NCBI GenBank assembly: GCA_047601545.1
Contig: JASGIZ010000002.1
Span: forward strand, 1,838,656 to 1,902,655
DNA length: 64,000 bases
Origin: Agriterribacter sp.
GTDB taxonomy: Bacteria; Bacteroidota; Bacteroidia; Chitinophagales; Chitinophagaceae
Direction: 5' to 3'
The notes below the pieces were generated by a model. That model made no database searches, was not told the origin of the DNA, and saw nothing but the letters and a program-made list of their open reading frames with translations. Made by a program: the position numbers and the translations under genes. Positions 10,826 to 20,081 of this stretch are shown piece after piece. The stretch's first letter is position 1, and every line of letters begins with the position of its first letter.

Positions 10826-11134
10826 ATGAACAGAAGTATTTTAAAGCCAATAGTGGCAGGCGTATTAATTGGCGCAGCACTGTTTTTTATTCCATTTTTT
10901 GTGCTTAGGGTAGTTGCATTTTTTCTGATAGCAGGATTGATTTTCCGCCTGTTTGCAGGAAGGAGAAGGAGGTTTGGCAGCAATTTCGGCGAACAGCGTT
11001 TTGCATTTGTTGATCGCATCCGCAATATGAGCGATGAAGAATACCAGGCATTTAAAACAAATCCCCGCGGTGCATTTGGCTGCGGTGGTTTTAACAGGAA
11101 ACAAGATTCATCCACCAGTCAAAATCCTCAATAA
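10826..11134 (+). CDS. Small hypothetical membrane protein
   Basis: Two hydrophobic segments then RIRNMSDEEY; AT-rich leader before ATG; coupled to next ORF. Confidence 0.7.
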   Translation: MNRSILKPIVAGVLIGAALFFIPFFVLRVVAFFLIAGLIFRLFAGRRRRFGSNFGEQRFAFVDRIRNMSDEEYQAFKTNPRGAFGCGGFNRKQDSSTSQNPQ

Positions 11135-11319
11135 TGAATTACAGGAACAGATTTTTAACAGGACTGGCTGCCGCAGCCATTACGTTCGCAAGCCTGATGG
11201 CGTTTGTAGGACCGAAACGTTTTGCAGAATATAGAAAACATCATTTTGGTTATGAAAGGCATTGCGGGGAAAAAGAAAAGGCAGGTGAATCTTACCTTCG
11301 CGTCACAACAAATGAATAA
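11134..11319 (+). CDS. Small hypothetical protein with N-terminal hydrophobic segment
   Basis: Overlapping stop/start (TAATG) with upstream ORF and abuts the HAD gene. Confidence 0.6.
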   Translation: MNYRNRFLTGLAAAAITFASLMAFVGPKRFAEYRKHHFGYERHCGEKEKAGESYLRVTTNE

Positions 11320-11322
11320 TTG

Positions 11323-12129
11323 ATGAACCTGTCAGGTGTTAAGCTTATTGCCACAGATATGGATGGTACATTACTCAATTCAAAAAAACAACTCAGCGGA
11401 TCTTTCTATAACATATTTGATAAGCTAAGGGCAAAAGGCATTTTGTTTGCAGCCGCCAGCGGGAGACAGTTGTATAATTTGCAAAGCGAGTTTTTACCTG
11501 TAAAAGATGACATGATATTCATAGGGGAGAACGGAAGCTTTGTAACATATAAAGAGAAGGAATTACAGGTGCAGCCATTGAATAAAGCAATAGTTCCGGA
11601 GCTTATTCGTATTGCAAGAACTATCCCTGATGCATACACGATATTATGCGGCAAAAATCAGGCATATATTGAGGATGTGAATGAAGATTTTATGAAGAAC
11701 GTGGAAATGTATTATGACAGGCGTACTTATGTTGATGATTTATTAAAAGTAACTGATGATGATATGCTGAAAATTGCTATCTGCGATTTTGCCGGTTCTG
11801 AGAAGAACAGCTATACTTTTTATAAACAGTTTGAAGATGAGTTACAGATAAAAGTTTCAGGCAGTATATGGCTTGACATTTCAGATAAGATGGCAAATAA
11901 GGGGCGGGCGATCAAAGCCTTGCAAAAACGATTTAATATCGGCTTTAATGAAACAATGGTATTTGGTGATTATATGAATGATCTTGAAATGATGAAAGAA
12001 GCCTATTTCAGTTACGCCGTAGAGAATGCGCACCCTGAAATAAAAGAAGCGGCACGGTTTATTACAGCATCTAATGATGAGGATGGGGTAATAAAGGTGC
12101 TGGAGCAGTTACTGGAAGAAATAGAATAA
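11323..12129 (+). CDS. Cof-type HAD-IIB family hydrolase
   Basis: DMDGTLL, ASGR, NKG, FGDYMNDLEM motifs. Confidence 0.93.
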   Translation: MNLSGVKLIATDMDGTLLNSKKQLSGSFYNIFDKLRAKGILFAAASGRQLYNLQSEFLPVKDDMIFIGENGSFVTYKEKELQVQPLNKAIVPELIRIARTIPDAYTILCGKNQAYIEDVNEDFMKNVEMYYDRRTYVDDLLKVTDDDMLKIAICDFAGSEKNSYTFYKQFEDELQIKVSGSIWLDISDKMANKGRAIKALQKRFNIGFNETMVFGDYMNDLEMMKEAYFSYAVENAHPEIKEAARFITASNDEDGVIKVLEQLLEEIE

Positions 12130-12240
12130 TGCTATGCTTTCCTATGTACCTTATGCTTCTATGTGGTGAATAAATTACCTGAATTAAAACCGGTTTCAAA
12201 AACTTCCCTTAATTTTCATGCTGGTTTTGAAATTCCCGCA

Positions 12241-13029
12241 ATGAGTAAACAAAACAGCATACGAACAGTAAATGTTACCCGATATGTAACTCCCTTACGT
12301 GAAGGCGGTTCATTGCCCGCTATTGCGGAAGCGGATGATGACTTTTTATATGTGCTCAAATTCAGGGGAGCGGGGCAGGGTCCAAAATCACTGATTGCAG
12401 ATTTAATAGGCGGGGAAATTGCCAGGGCGCTCGGGTTAAAAGTGCCTGAAATTGTTTTTGCAAACCTTGATGAAGCCTTTGGCCGCACAGAACCGGATGA
12501 AGAAATACAGGATTTATTGAAGGCCAGCACAGGATTAAATCTTGCACTGCATTATTTATCCGGTGCTATTACATTTGATCCGGCGGTAAATAAAGTTGAT
12601 TCAACACTTGCATCACAAATCGTTTGGCTTGATGCGCTTTTAACCAATGTAGACAGAACAGCAAGAAATACCAATATGCTGATATGGCATAAAGAATTGT
12701 GGCTGATTGATCACGGTGCATCATTATACTTTCATCACTCATGGCAAAATTGGGAGGAGCAGGCAAAAAAACCATTTGTACAAATTAAAGATCACGTATT
12801 GCTGCGTTGGGCAAATGATATTGATAAGGCAGATGAAACATCCAGGAAAATACTTACGCCGGAGCGCATTAAAGATATTGTATCGTTGGTGCCAGATGAA
12901 TGGCTTGTACATGATAATGAAACAGCCGAAGCGCAACGAAAAGTATATATTGACTTTTTGAATACACGCATTAACTCATCAGATATTTTTGTAAAAGAAG
13001 CACAACATGCAAGACAACAGGTTATTTGA
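12241..13029 (+). CDS. HipA-like kinase (HipA_2 family)
   Basis: YVTPLREGGSLP, YVLKFRGAGQG, NVDRTARNTNML, WLIDHG. Confidence 0.85.
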   Translation: MSKQNSIRTVNVTRYVTPLREGGSLPAIAEADDDFLYVLKFRGAGQGPKSLIADLIGGEIARALGLKVPEIVFANLDEAFGRTEPDEEIQDLLKASTGLNLALHYLSGAITFDPAVNKVDSTLASQIVWLDALLTNVDRTARNTNMLIWHKELWLIDHGASLYFHHSWQNWEEQAKKPFVQIKDHVLLRWANDIDKADETSRKILTPERIKDIVSLVPDEWLVHDNETAEAQRKVYIDFLNTRINSSDIFVKEAQHARQQVI

Positions 13030-13390
13030 ATATGCGGTGATTCGTGTTGTGCCCCGGGTAGACAGGGAGGAATTCCTGAACGTGGGTGTTATTTTGTATT
13101 CAAGAGATTATAAATTTTTACAGGCTAAATATACAATTGATGAGAAAAGGTTAAAAGCTTTTTCGCCTCAGTTCGATATTGCGCTTGTGAAAAATCATAT
13201 ATCTGCCTTTGAAAAAATCTGCTCTTCGGATGTTGATGGCGGGCCAATTGCAACACTTGATATGGCATCAAGATTTCGCTGGCTTACTGCAACAAAAAGT
13301 ACCATAGTGCAAACCTCCAAAGTGCATCCGGGGCTAACCAAAGATCCGCAGCAAACGTTAATTAAACTGCATAATGAGCTGGTGCTCTGA
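13007..13390 (+). CDS. DUF3037 domain protein
   Basis: FEYAVIRVVPRVDREEFLNVGVIL; RFRWLTATKSTIVQTSKVHPG; overlaps kinase stop. Confidence 0.85.
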   Translation: MQDNRLFEYAVIRVVPRVDREEFLNVGVILYSRDYKFLQAKYTIDEKRLKAFSPQFDIALVKNHISAFEKICSSDVDGGPIATLDMASRFRWLTATKSTIVQTSKVHPGLTKDPQQTLIKLHNELVL

Positions 13391-13414
13391 ATTAATAATA
13401 AACAACGATAAGCC

Positions 13415-14350
13415 ATGCTTAACAGACGCGATTTATTGAAGTATACAGGTATTGCTGCCATCGGTACAATTTTGCCAGGATTTTCCCTACATGCTGAAAC
13501 ACATGAAAATGGTGCGGGTCCATTCAGGTATTGCCTTAATACCAGTACTATTATGGGGCAAAAACCCGGCTTACTTAAAATGCTCAACATAGCATCTGCC
13601 GCCGGCTATGATGGAGTGGAGCTTTGGATAACAGATATTAAGGAATACCTTAAAAATAATTCTGTTGACTCACTGGCTAAATATATAAAGGACAAAAATC
13701 TTGCTTTTGAAAATGCCATCAGCTTTACCACCTGGATGGTTGATGATGATGCTAAACGTAAGCTGGGGCTAAAAGAGCTTGAAGAAGAAATGAAGATGCT
13801 TGCTGCATTAGGTTGCAGGCGTGTTGCCGCGCCACCTTCTGGCGTAAATAAAGATGATGTGATTGATTTTCAAAAAGCGGGTAGCTATTACCGTGAGATA
13901 CTGGATTTGGGAAGAAAATATGGCGTAATGCCTCAACTGGAATTTTGGGGGGCTTCAGGCACTTTATATAACCTGGGGCAGGCATTGGCTATTGCCGCCG
14001 CTGCCAATGATCCGGATGCACGTATCTTACCCGATGTATATCATCTTTTCAGGGGAGGGTCAGGCTTTAACGGGCTGAAGCTTGTAAATGGTAATGCAAT
14101 AGAAATTATCCATATCAATGATTATCCTGCTTCCAAACCGGTTAATGAACAAACCGATGCAGACCGTGTATATCCCGGGGATGGCGCTGCCCCGCTCAAA
14201 CAGGTGCTTACTGACCTTAAAGCCATAGGAGGCACTAAAGTGCTGTCGCTTGAATTGTTTAATAGAACATACTGGCAGCAGGATGCGTTACTGGTTGCCA
14301 GGACGGGTTTGGAGAAGGTAAAGAAGGTTGTGGGAGAAGTGTTAGCTTAG
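13415..14350 (+). CDS. Sugar phosphate isomerase/epimerase (xylose-isomerase-like TIM barrel) with Tat-like signal
   Basis: NRRDLLK twin-Arg leader; PQLEFWG, DVYH, IHIND, SLELF metal motifs. Confidence 0.85.
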   Translation: MLNRRDLLKYTGIAAIGTILPGFSLHAETHENGAGPFRYCLNTSTIMGQKPGLLKMLNIASAAGYDGVELWITDIKEYLKNNSVDSLAKYIKDKNLAFENAISFTTWMVDDDAKRKLGLKELEEEMKMLAALGCRRVAAPPSGVNKDDVIDFQKAGSYYREILDLGRKYGVMPQLEFWGASGTLYNLGQALAIAAAANDPDARILPDVYHLFRGGSGFNGLKLVNGNAIEIIHINDYPASKPVNEQTDADRVYPGDGAAPLKQVLTDLKAIGGTKVLSLELFNRTYWQQDALLVARTGLEKVKKVVGEVLA

Positions 14351-14373
14351 CATCAGTTTAAAATTATTTTTTT

Positions 14374-14544
14374 AAATAACCATTGATATATTTCCTGCCA
14401 CGAATTCCGGTGTTCGCATCGGTGGAACAGGGTTTGCTACACAAAGAGCCACAAAGCATACACAAAGTTATACAGCGCGTTTTATTATTCTTTGTGCCTC
14501 TTTGTGTATCCTTCGTGTACCTCTGTGAAATAACCAGGTTGTTA
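14374..14544. repeat. 171-bp dispersed repeat copy 1 (internal CACAAAG/CTTTGTG hairpin array)
   Basis: Ungapped match to 63451-63621 with about 14 mismatches counted by eye. Confidence 0.9.
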
Positions 14545-14667
14545 CCTTGGAATTATTCGTGATAATGAGTGTGATTTGTGGCTAAAACTGTACGCAATCA
14601 TTATATCAAAAAAACCCGCAATTGTTTTTAAACAGCTTCTTAGGAAAGAAATACAGATGTTAGACAG

Positions 14668-14697
14668 GGTTACGAACCTTTAAAAGGTTCTGAACCC
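14668..14697. repeat. Short palindrome at helicase 3' end
   Basis: GGTTACGAACCTTTAAAAGGTTCTGAACC: GAACCTTT/AAAGGTTC arms. Confidence 0.45.
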
Positions 14698-14704
14698 ATT
14701 CACG

Positions 14705-16612
14705 CTAATCTCCCATATACTCCCAGGCACTCTGGTACGCATCGTGCTTCTCTGTATACGCTATAAAATTCGCATAAAAAGGAAACCGGCTGAGTGTAGC
14801 ACCATCACCAATAACAACAAGTTTTTTTCTTGCCCTCGTCATAGCAACATTCATGCGGCGGATATCAGAGAGAAACCCGATTTTACTATCCGCGTTGCTG
14901 CGCGTCATGCTGATATAAATAATATCACGTTCCTGCCCCTGGAAGCTGTCAATGGTATTTACCGTTATCTTATTGGTGTACGCTAAAAGATGAACGGCCT
15001 GCTGCATCTGCTCCTGTAATAAGGCAACCTGTTGCCGGTATGGAGATATGATGCCGATGGTTGGGAAATTTTCCTGCGTATAATATGCTGAAAGTGTATT
15101 TATAAGTTGGGTAAGATGTTTAAAAACAAAGGACGCCTCTTCCGGGTTAGAAACAGCCGTTCCTTCAATCTTTTCCTCAAAGCCGCAGCCGGCAGTATCT
15201 ATAAACCGTAAAGGAGCTATGGCTTCCTGCAATACATGCGCCGCTACAGAGTGGTGGGCTTTCAGCTTACTTTCATAAAACACGCCTGAAGAATAGCCCA
15301 TAATAGTTTCATGCATTCTGTATTGTTCTTCCAGCAGGCATACCGCCCCAGGATGCAGGGCTATACATTTTTCAAGCAGTGTTGTTGATAAGCCGCCTGC
15401 TGCAGCTTCTTCAGATTTTATGGTGGGTGGTAACTGTAAATGATCGCCTGCCAATATAACTTTTGTTGCTTTTAAAATGGGTATCCAGCAGGCCGGCTCC
15501 AACGCCTGCCCGGCTTCGTCTATTACCACTGTATTATATTTCAGGCTACGTATAGCATAATGATTCGCTCCTACCAGTGTGGCTGTAATGACCTGTGATT
15601 TTTCAAGCAGGTCATTCATTATGTATTGTTCGGTTTTTTCAACATCCTTCATTATTTTGTGCGCTTCGTCAAACAATGCTTTACGCTGTTCTCTTTCTGC
15701 TTTGCCGAAGTTGCGTTTATACTTATGCGCCATATTCTTAAACTCACCGGCCTGCTTTTTCATCTTCTTTATTTCCTTCATACTGCTATGCTGCGCCATC
15801 TTACTATCAAGCGTAAGCGACATCAATGCTTCAGATACTCTTGCAGGGTTCCCTATACGCAGCACATTTATATTTTCGGCTGATAATTTTTCACTCAAAA
15901 GATCTACAGCGGCATTGCTCGGCGCCACAACAAGCATCTGTTTATGATCTTTTTGTATCAATGCCTTAATAGCCTGCACCAATGTAGTTGTTTTGCCGGT
16001 GCCGGGTGGACCATGAACGATGGCAAGCTCATTAGCCTGGAGGATTTTGTTTACCGCTGCCTGTTGAGATTGATTTAACCTGCCGCTTTTAAATGGAGTG
16101 CCTGATTCATAAAACGAAGGTTTTCTTTCTCCTGTTAATATTTTAATGAGTGTATTTTCTTTTTCACCCTCCGAAAGTATAACAGCATTTTTAAGCGCAT
16201 ACTGCATTTCATCATAGCTGTTATCATCAAACAGCAGGTCGATGCCTAATTTTCCATCCCTGCTCCAGTCGGGCAGCTCATCTGTGCGCAGTGTTATTTT
16301 TAAACGGTTGCCTGATTGATGGCTTATAATACCTTCTACCCTGCTTTCTTTGGGGGAATGATTGGAGAAAAGTGCCGCTGAAGCTCCAAAACGAAGCTGA
16401 TGTGGAATTTCATGATGTGTCGTTCGTTCAACCTCAACCGTCAGGTAATCACCCTTGCTCATTTCTGTATCCCGTATCGCAACAGGGTACCAGCTTATGC
16501 CATTAGCTCTTCTCTCCAGTATGGACGAGCGCTCAATTAATTCCTTATAAGCGTTTTCATCTTCCTGCCGCTCTGTTTTCAATAAATCCAGCAGCTTTTT
16601 AAAATAATCCAT
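14705..16612 (-). CDS. SF1 helicase, IGHMBP2/DNA2-NAM7 (AAA_11/AAA_12) family
   Basis: HGPPGTGKTTT, APSNAAVD, IDEAGQ, AGDHLQLPPT, QYRMH, TIDSFQGQE, NVAMTRAR. Confidence 0.93.
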   Translation of the reverse strand: MDYFKKLLDLLKTERQEDENAYKELIERSSILERRANGISWYPVAIRDTEMSKGDYLTVEVERTTHHEIPHQLRFGASAALFSNHSPKESRVEGIISHQSGNRLKITLRTDELPDWSRDGKLGIDLLFDDNSYDEMQYALKNAVILSEGEKENTLIKILTGERKPSFYESGTPFKSGRLNQSQQAAVNKILQANELAIVHGPPGTGKTTTLVQAIKALIQKDHKQMLVVAPSNAAVDLLSEKLSAENINVLRIGNPARVSEALMSLTLDSKMAQHSSMKEIKKMKKQAGEFKNMAHKYKRNFGKAEREQRKALFDEAHKIMKDVEKTEQYIMNDLLEKSQVITATLVGANHYAIRSLKYNTVVIDEAGQALEPACWIPILKATKVILAGDHLQLPPTIKSEEAAAGGLSTTLLEKCIALHPGAVCLLEEQYRMHETIMGYSSGVFYESKLKAHHSVAAHVLQEAIAPLRFIDTAGCGFEEKIEGTAVSNPEEASFVFKHLTQLINTLSAYYTQENFPTIGIISPYRQQVALLQEQMQQAVHLLAYTNKITVNTIDSFQGQERDIIYISMTRSNADSKIGFLSDIRRMNVAMTRARKKLVVIGDGATLSRFPFYANFIAYTEKHDAYQSAWEYMGD

Positions 16613-16670
16613 CGGGTAAAGGTAAACAGGAATTCAGGATTAGGGACAAGGTTAATAGCGGTAAAGGTTG

Positions 16671-16895
16671 CTAATCCGGCAGTGGTTCAGCAAAACATCC
16701 GAATTCATTTAATAGTGCGATAATTCGTTCATTTATGATTTGTAGCGTGTGGCTTTCAATCCTCAGGATCCTGTCACAATCATGTAAATCGAAATTAACA
16801 ATATATCCCGGAAAGCGCTGGTGTATGGCCTGTAGCAGGAGTATGGTTTGCCTGCTATCAGCAACATTGGTTTTAAACACTTCAATTGTTTTCAT
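16671..16895 (-). CDS. Small conserved Bacteroidota hypothetical protein (HMA-like fold possible)
   Basis: EVFKTNV...NFDLHDCDRILRIE pattern. Confidence 0.65.
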   Translation of the reverse strand: MKTIEVFKTNVADSRQTILLLQAIHQRFPGYIVNFDLHDCDRILRIESHTLQIINERIIALLNEFGCFAEPLPD

Positions 16896-17046
16896 GCTGA
16901 TGTTTTTACAAACTAAACACTACAGCATGACAACCCTATGGCAGTTCGGAGCCACATAAAAATATTTTCTTCCGGAGTAAAAAATTAAGAGCCGCGAATT
17001 ACCGTGGCTCTGCCTGTATTGTTCTTAAAAAAGTAGAAGACTTATG

Positions 17047-18540
17047 CTACTGTATAATTATTTTTCCTGTTGATACCTGTACATCGTTTGTTGTTACTGA
17101 AACAAGATATATTCCCTTTGCACGCATATTTTCAGTTGAAATTTTTACCGGGTTACCTGCTACGATATTACCAACTGATTGTCTTTTGATAATCCTTCCG
17201 CTCAGATCAGCGATAATTATTTCTGCTTTATTAGCTGTTTTATTTACCGCTATTGAAAAATAATTATTGGTTATCACAGTAGGGTAAATGTTAACCGCCT
17301 GCTGCGATGAAACATTTAAACGTACTGATACAATTTTTGAATAAGTAACCACCCCGGTAAGGTCGGTTATTTTAAGCCGGTAGTAATTTATACCGCTAAC
17401 AGGATGCTTATCAGGATAACTATATGTTGTGGTATTAACAGATCCTGTTATTTGCTGTACTGAAGAGAACGTATTAGCATCTGCGCTTCTTTCCATTTCA
17501 AAAACATCAGGATTGCTTCCATTCGCTATAACCCAGTTTAATTCAACCGTATTATTTTTTTCAATCGCTGTAAAAGCTTCAAGCGAAACCGGTAAAAGCG
17601 ATAATGTTTGAAGTGTAAAGCTCACCCGGTTATCTCCTGAGTTTTCATAATACTCTAATACCATATTATAAGAACCATTGAGTGAAATTGATGCTGAAGT
17701 AGTAGCGTAAGACTGTAAAACCCATCTATCAATCAACCATGTAGCACCACCATCAAGGCTCAGCCTGTACCCGTCATCGCCACCAACAGTAAACATATAA
17801 GTGCCTGCCGCAAAAGTTTTTGTTAATCTATAACGGGCGCTGAAAGTTTCTGTTTGAACCCCGCAGGCGCTTGTTGCATAAGTGGTATTGCTACCACCAA
17901 AACTTTCATCAAAATTGGGGTTGGAGCTTATTCCTTCGGTTACACGACCCATATAGGCATCAAAATTTATCCCGTCATAAATGTACCCATACCATACATT
18001 GCTGGCGCCATATACTGCGGTGTTTTCGGTACCGCTGCAAACTGTGGCTACAGAAAAAGAAATCCTGTTTGCACCACCGTTTTCGTAGAACTCTAATACC
18101 ATATTATAAGTTCCGTTCAAACTTACCGTATAGGTTGTTGTAGCATAGCTCTGGTCAAACCACCTGTCAATAATCCAGCTTGTACCGCCATCAAGGCTTA
18201 ACCTGTATCCATCATCTCCACCAACTACAAAAGTATATGTGCCACTTGTAAAAGTTTTGGTAAGCCTGTAGCGAACACTGAAAGTTTCAGTTTGTACGCT
18301 ACATGAAGTAGTATTGTAGGTTACATTATCACCTCCAAAGCTTTGATCAAAGTTGGGGCTTGAGCTGCTACCTTCATTTACATACCCTCTGTATGTAGTA
18401 AGATTTGAGTTATCATATACATATCCTATCCATACATTATTAGTACCGTAAGTATTCTGATTTCCGGTAGGAGTACACTGGCTCTGTGCTGCCAGCACAA
18501 ACAGTATAATATTAAAAAAGAGAAGTGAGATTTTTTTCAT
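17047..18540 (-). CDS. T9SS-secreted protein with two tandem PA14-like domains
   Basis: Signal peptide; two repeats with FSxRY and GGDDGYRL; LPVSL..F linker; type A CTD (IYPT...GIYLVSV...GKIIIQ). Confidence 0.85.
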   Translation of the reverse strand: MKKISLLFFNIILFVLAAQSQCTPTGNQNTYGTNNVWIGYVYDNSNLTTYRGYVNEGSSSSPNFDQSFGGDNVTYNTTSCSVQTETFSVRYRLTKTFTSGTYTFVVGGDDGYRLSLDGGTSWIIDRWFDQSYATTTYTVSLNGTYNMVLEFYENGGANRISFSVATVCSGTENTAVYGASNVWYGYIYDGINFDAYMGRVTEGISSNPNFDESFGGSNTTYATSACGVQTETFSARYRLTKTFAAGTYMFTVGGDDGYRLSLDGGATWLIDRWVLQSYATTSASISLNGSYNMVLEYYENSGDNRVSFTLQTLSLLPVSLEAFTAIEKNNTVELNWVIANGSNPDVFEMERSADANTFSSVQQITGSVNTTTYSYPDKHPVSGINYYRLKITDLTGVVTYSKIVSVRLNVSSQQAVNIYPTVITNNYFSIAVNKTANKAEIIIADLSGRIIKRQSVGNIVAGNPVKISTENMRAKGIYLVSVTTNDVQVSTGKIIIQ

Positions 18541-18853
18541 AACATTTTGCTTTAAGACCTTCATGCGTACAATCAAACGATAGCCAATAAGTGTTATTGC
18601 TTATTGTTTATTAGGTATATACTTATTTGAATTTAGGGTTTTTATTGTAAAATATTAGGGGTAAATGATATAATTATTTTACAATTTAATGATTATCAGT
18701 AGTATATAGTTTTAACTTTGTATGATATTTGGTTTTTATAATGCAGTAACAGGAAGTCAAATGGAACGTATTTTTCGGCTTGCGGCAAGAAACCGTCGAT
18801 GAAAAAAGTGTTGTTTCCTGTTGATATATGTTAAATGCTGTTTAAATTAAAGT

Positions 18854-19159
18854 ATGGTAGTATATAATATCACCACAAAAGTAACCTGGCAAATCGCCGA
18901 TGAATGGGTAAAGTGGCAGCAGGAGGAACATATACCCGAAATGCTGGCAACATCATTATTTGCTGATTATAAAATATTCAAATTGCTCGAACAGGAAGAT
19001 GATGAAGGACCGACATTTACCATACAATTCTTTTTCAACGCTCCTGAAGAATACGATGCGTATATACAATTGCATTCAGCAGTACTGCGGGAGAAAGCTG
19101 TCAGGCGATGGGGAAATCAAAGCATATCATTTCGCACAGTAATGCAGCTTGTTAACTAA
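18854..19159 (+). CDS. DUF4286 family protein
   Basis: YNITTKV...WVKWQQEEHIPEML...TFTIQF. Confidence 0.85.
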   Translation: MVVYNITTKVTWQIADEWVKWQQEEHIPEMLATSLFADYKIFKLLEQEDDEGPTFTIQFFFNAPEEYDAYIQLHSAVLREKAVRRWGNQSISFRTVMQLVN

Positions 19160-19329
19160 ATGTGGAAAATAGCAGAACCTGGTAAATACTAAAGCGGCAC
19201 ACATTTTTTCCATTTCCGGCAGCAGCAGCTTCAATGATTGCTTTGCTGAAACCCGGTACAGTAGCGGGTTTCAGCAGATGATCATCCAAATGTTAAAAAT
19301 TATCTTTTTTTATGCAACCCTTACAACCC

Positions 19330-19338
19330 TTATCCACA
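19330..19338 (+). promoter_or_regulatory. DnaA box upstream of HU gene
   Basis: Perfect TTATCCACA; a one-mismatch inverted box (TGTGGAAAA) at 19161-19169. Confidence 0.5.
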
Positions 19339-19405
19339 GCGGGTTCGGAAGCATTGATATAATTTACTTAATAGCAGAAAAATTTTGCCAGATATAAAAA
19401 GCATC

Positions 19406-19413
19406 TATATTTG
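19406..19413 (+). promoter_or_regulatory. Bacteroidota -7 promoter element for HU
   Basis: TATATTTG matches TAnnTTTG, 32 bp before the ATG. Confidence 0.6.
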
Positions 19414-19445
19414 CCCACCTAAATACATTTGTAAAACAATATATC

Positions 19446-19715
19446 ATGAACAAAGCAGAATTAATCGCAAAAATTGCTGATGATGCCGGCATCACAAAAA
19501 CCCAGGCTAATGATTCATTGGATTCTTTCATTGAAGCTGTTACCAAAACTTTGAAAGGCGGTGGTAAAGTAACATTAGTGGGTTTCGGAACTTTCTCTGT
19601 TTCTAAACGTGCAGCACGCAATGGCCGTAACCCTCAAACCGGCGCGGTGATTAAAATCAAAGCTAAAAAAGTTGCCCGCTTTAAAGCCGGTAAAGAATTA
19701 TCTGCTAAATTATAA
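19446..19715 (+). CDS. hup: HU family DNA-binding protein
   Basis: MNKAELI...VTLVGFGTF...RNGRNPQTG...FKAGKEL. Confidence 0.97.
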   Translation: MNKAELIAKIADDAGITKTQANDSLDSFIEAVTKTLKGGGKVTLVGFGTFSVSKRAARNGRNPQTGAVIKIKAKKVARFKAGKELSAKL

Positions 19716-19810
19716 CAGCATATTCAGTAACTTATAAGCAGGATGCAGGTCTTGTATCTTGCTTTTTTTATTTTTGCCATACTGTTTTAAACATCGTTCA
19801 ATTTACTATT

Positions 19811-19918
19811 ATGGGTAGAGGAGATAAAAAAACTAAAAAAGGTAAAATTGCACAAGGTTCATTTGGTAAGAGCAGACCTGCCAAACCAAAGAAAGCCGCT
19901 GCAAAAAAATCTGCATAA
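19811..19918 (+). CDS. 30S ribosomal protein bTHX (35 aa, missing from ORF track)
   Basis: Hand translation MGRGDKKTKKGKIAQGSFGKSRPAKPKKAAAKKSA; own TATTTTTG promoter element at 19769-19776. Confidence 0.9.
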   Translation: MGRGDKKTKKGKIAQGSFGKSRPAKPKKAAAKKSA

Positions 19919-19950
19919 CAGTTATTAATACATTGATACTGTTAGGAATG

Positions 19951-19982
19951 ACTGCGAAGTATATGCTTCGCAGTTTTTGTTT
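19951..19982 (+). terminator. Intrinsic terminator after bTHX
   Basis: ACTGCGAAG-TATATG-CTTCGCAGT followed by T-tract. Confidence 0.75.
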
Positions 19983-20081
19983 TACAGAAATTATTTCACG
20001 CGGCGCTCACAGCGGAGCGGCGTTAATAATGCATTCCTTTACGTACTTTGTTTTCTTACAAAACTTCGCGTGAAAATTCTC

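Noticed and set aside
19160-19445. Chromosomal replication origin
   Set aside because: Only one perfect DnaA box, no evident unwinding-element repeats, no dnaA/gidA/dnaN context.
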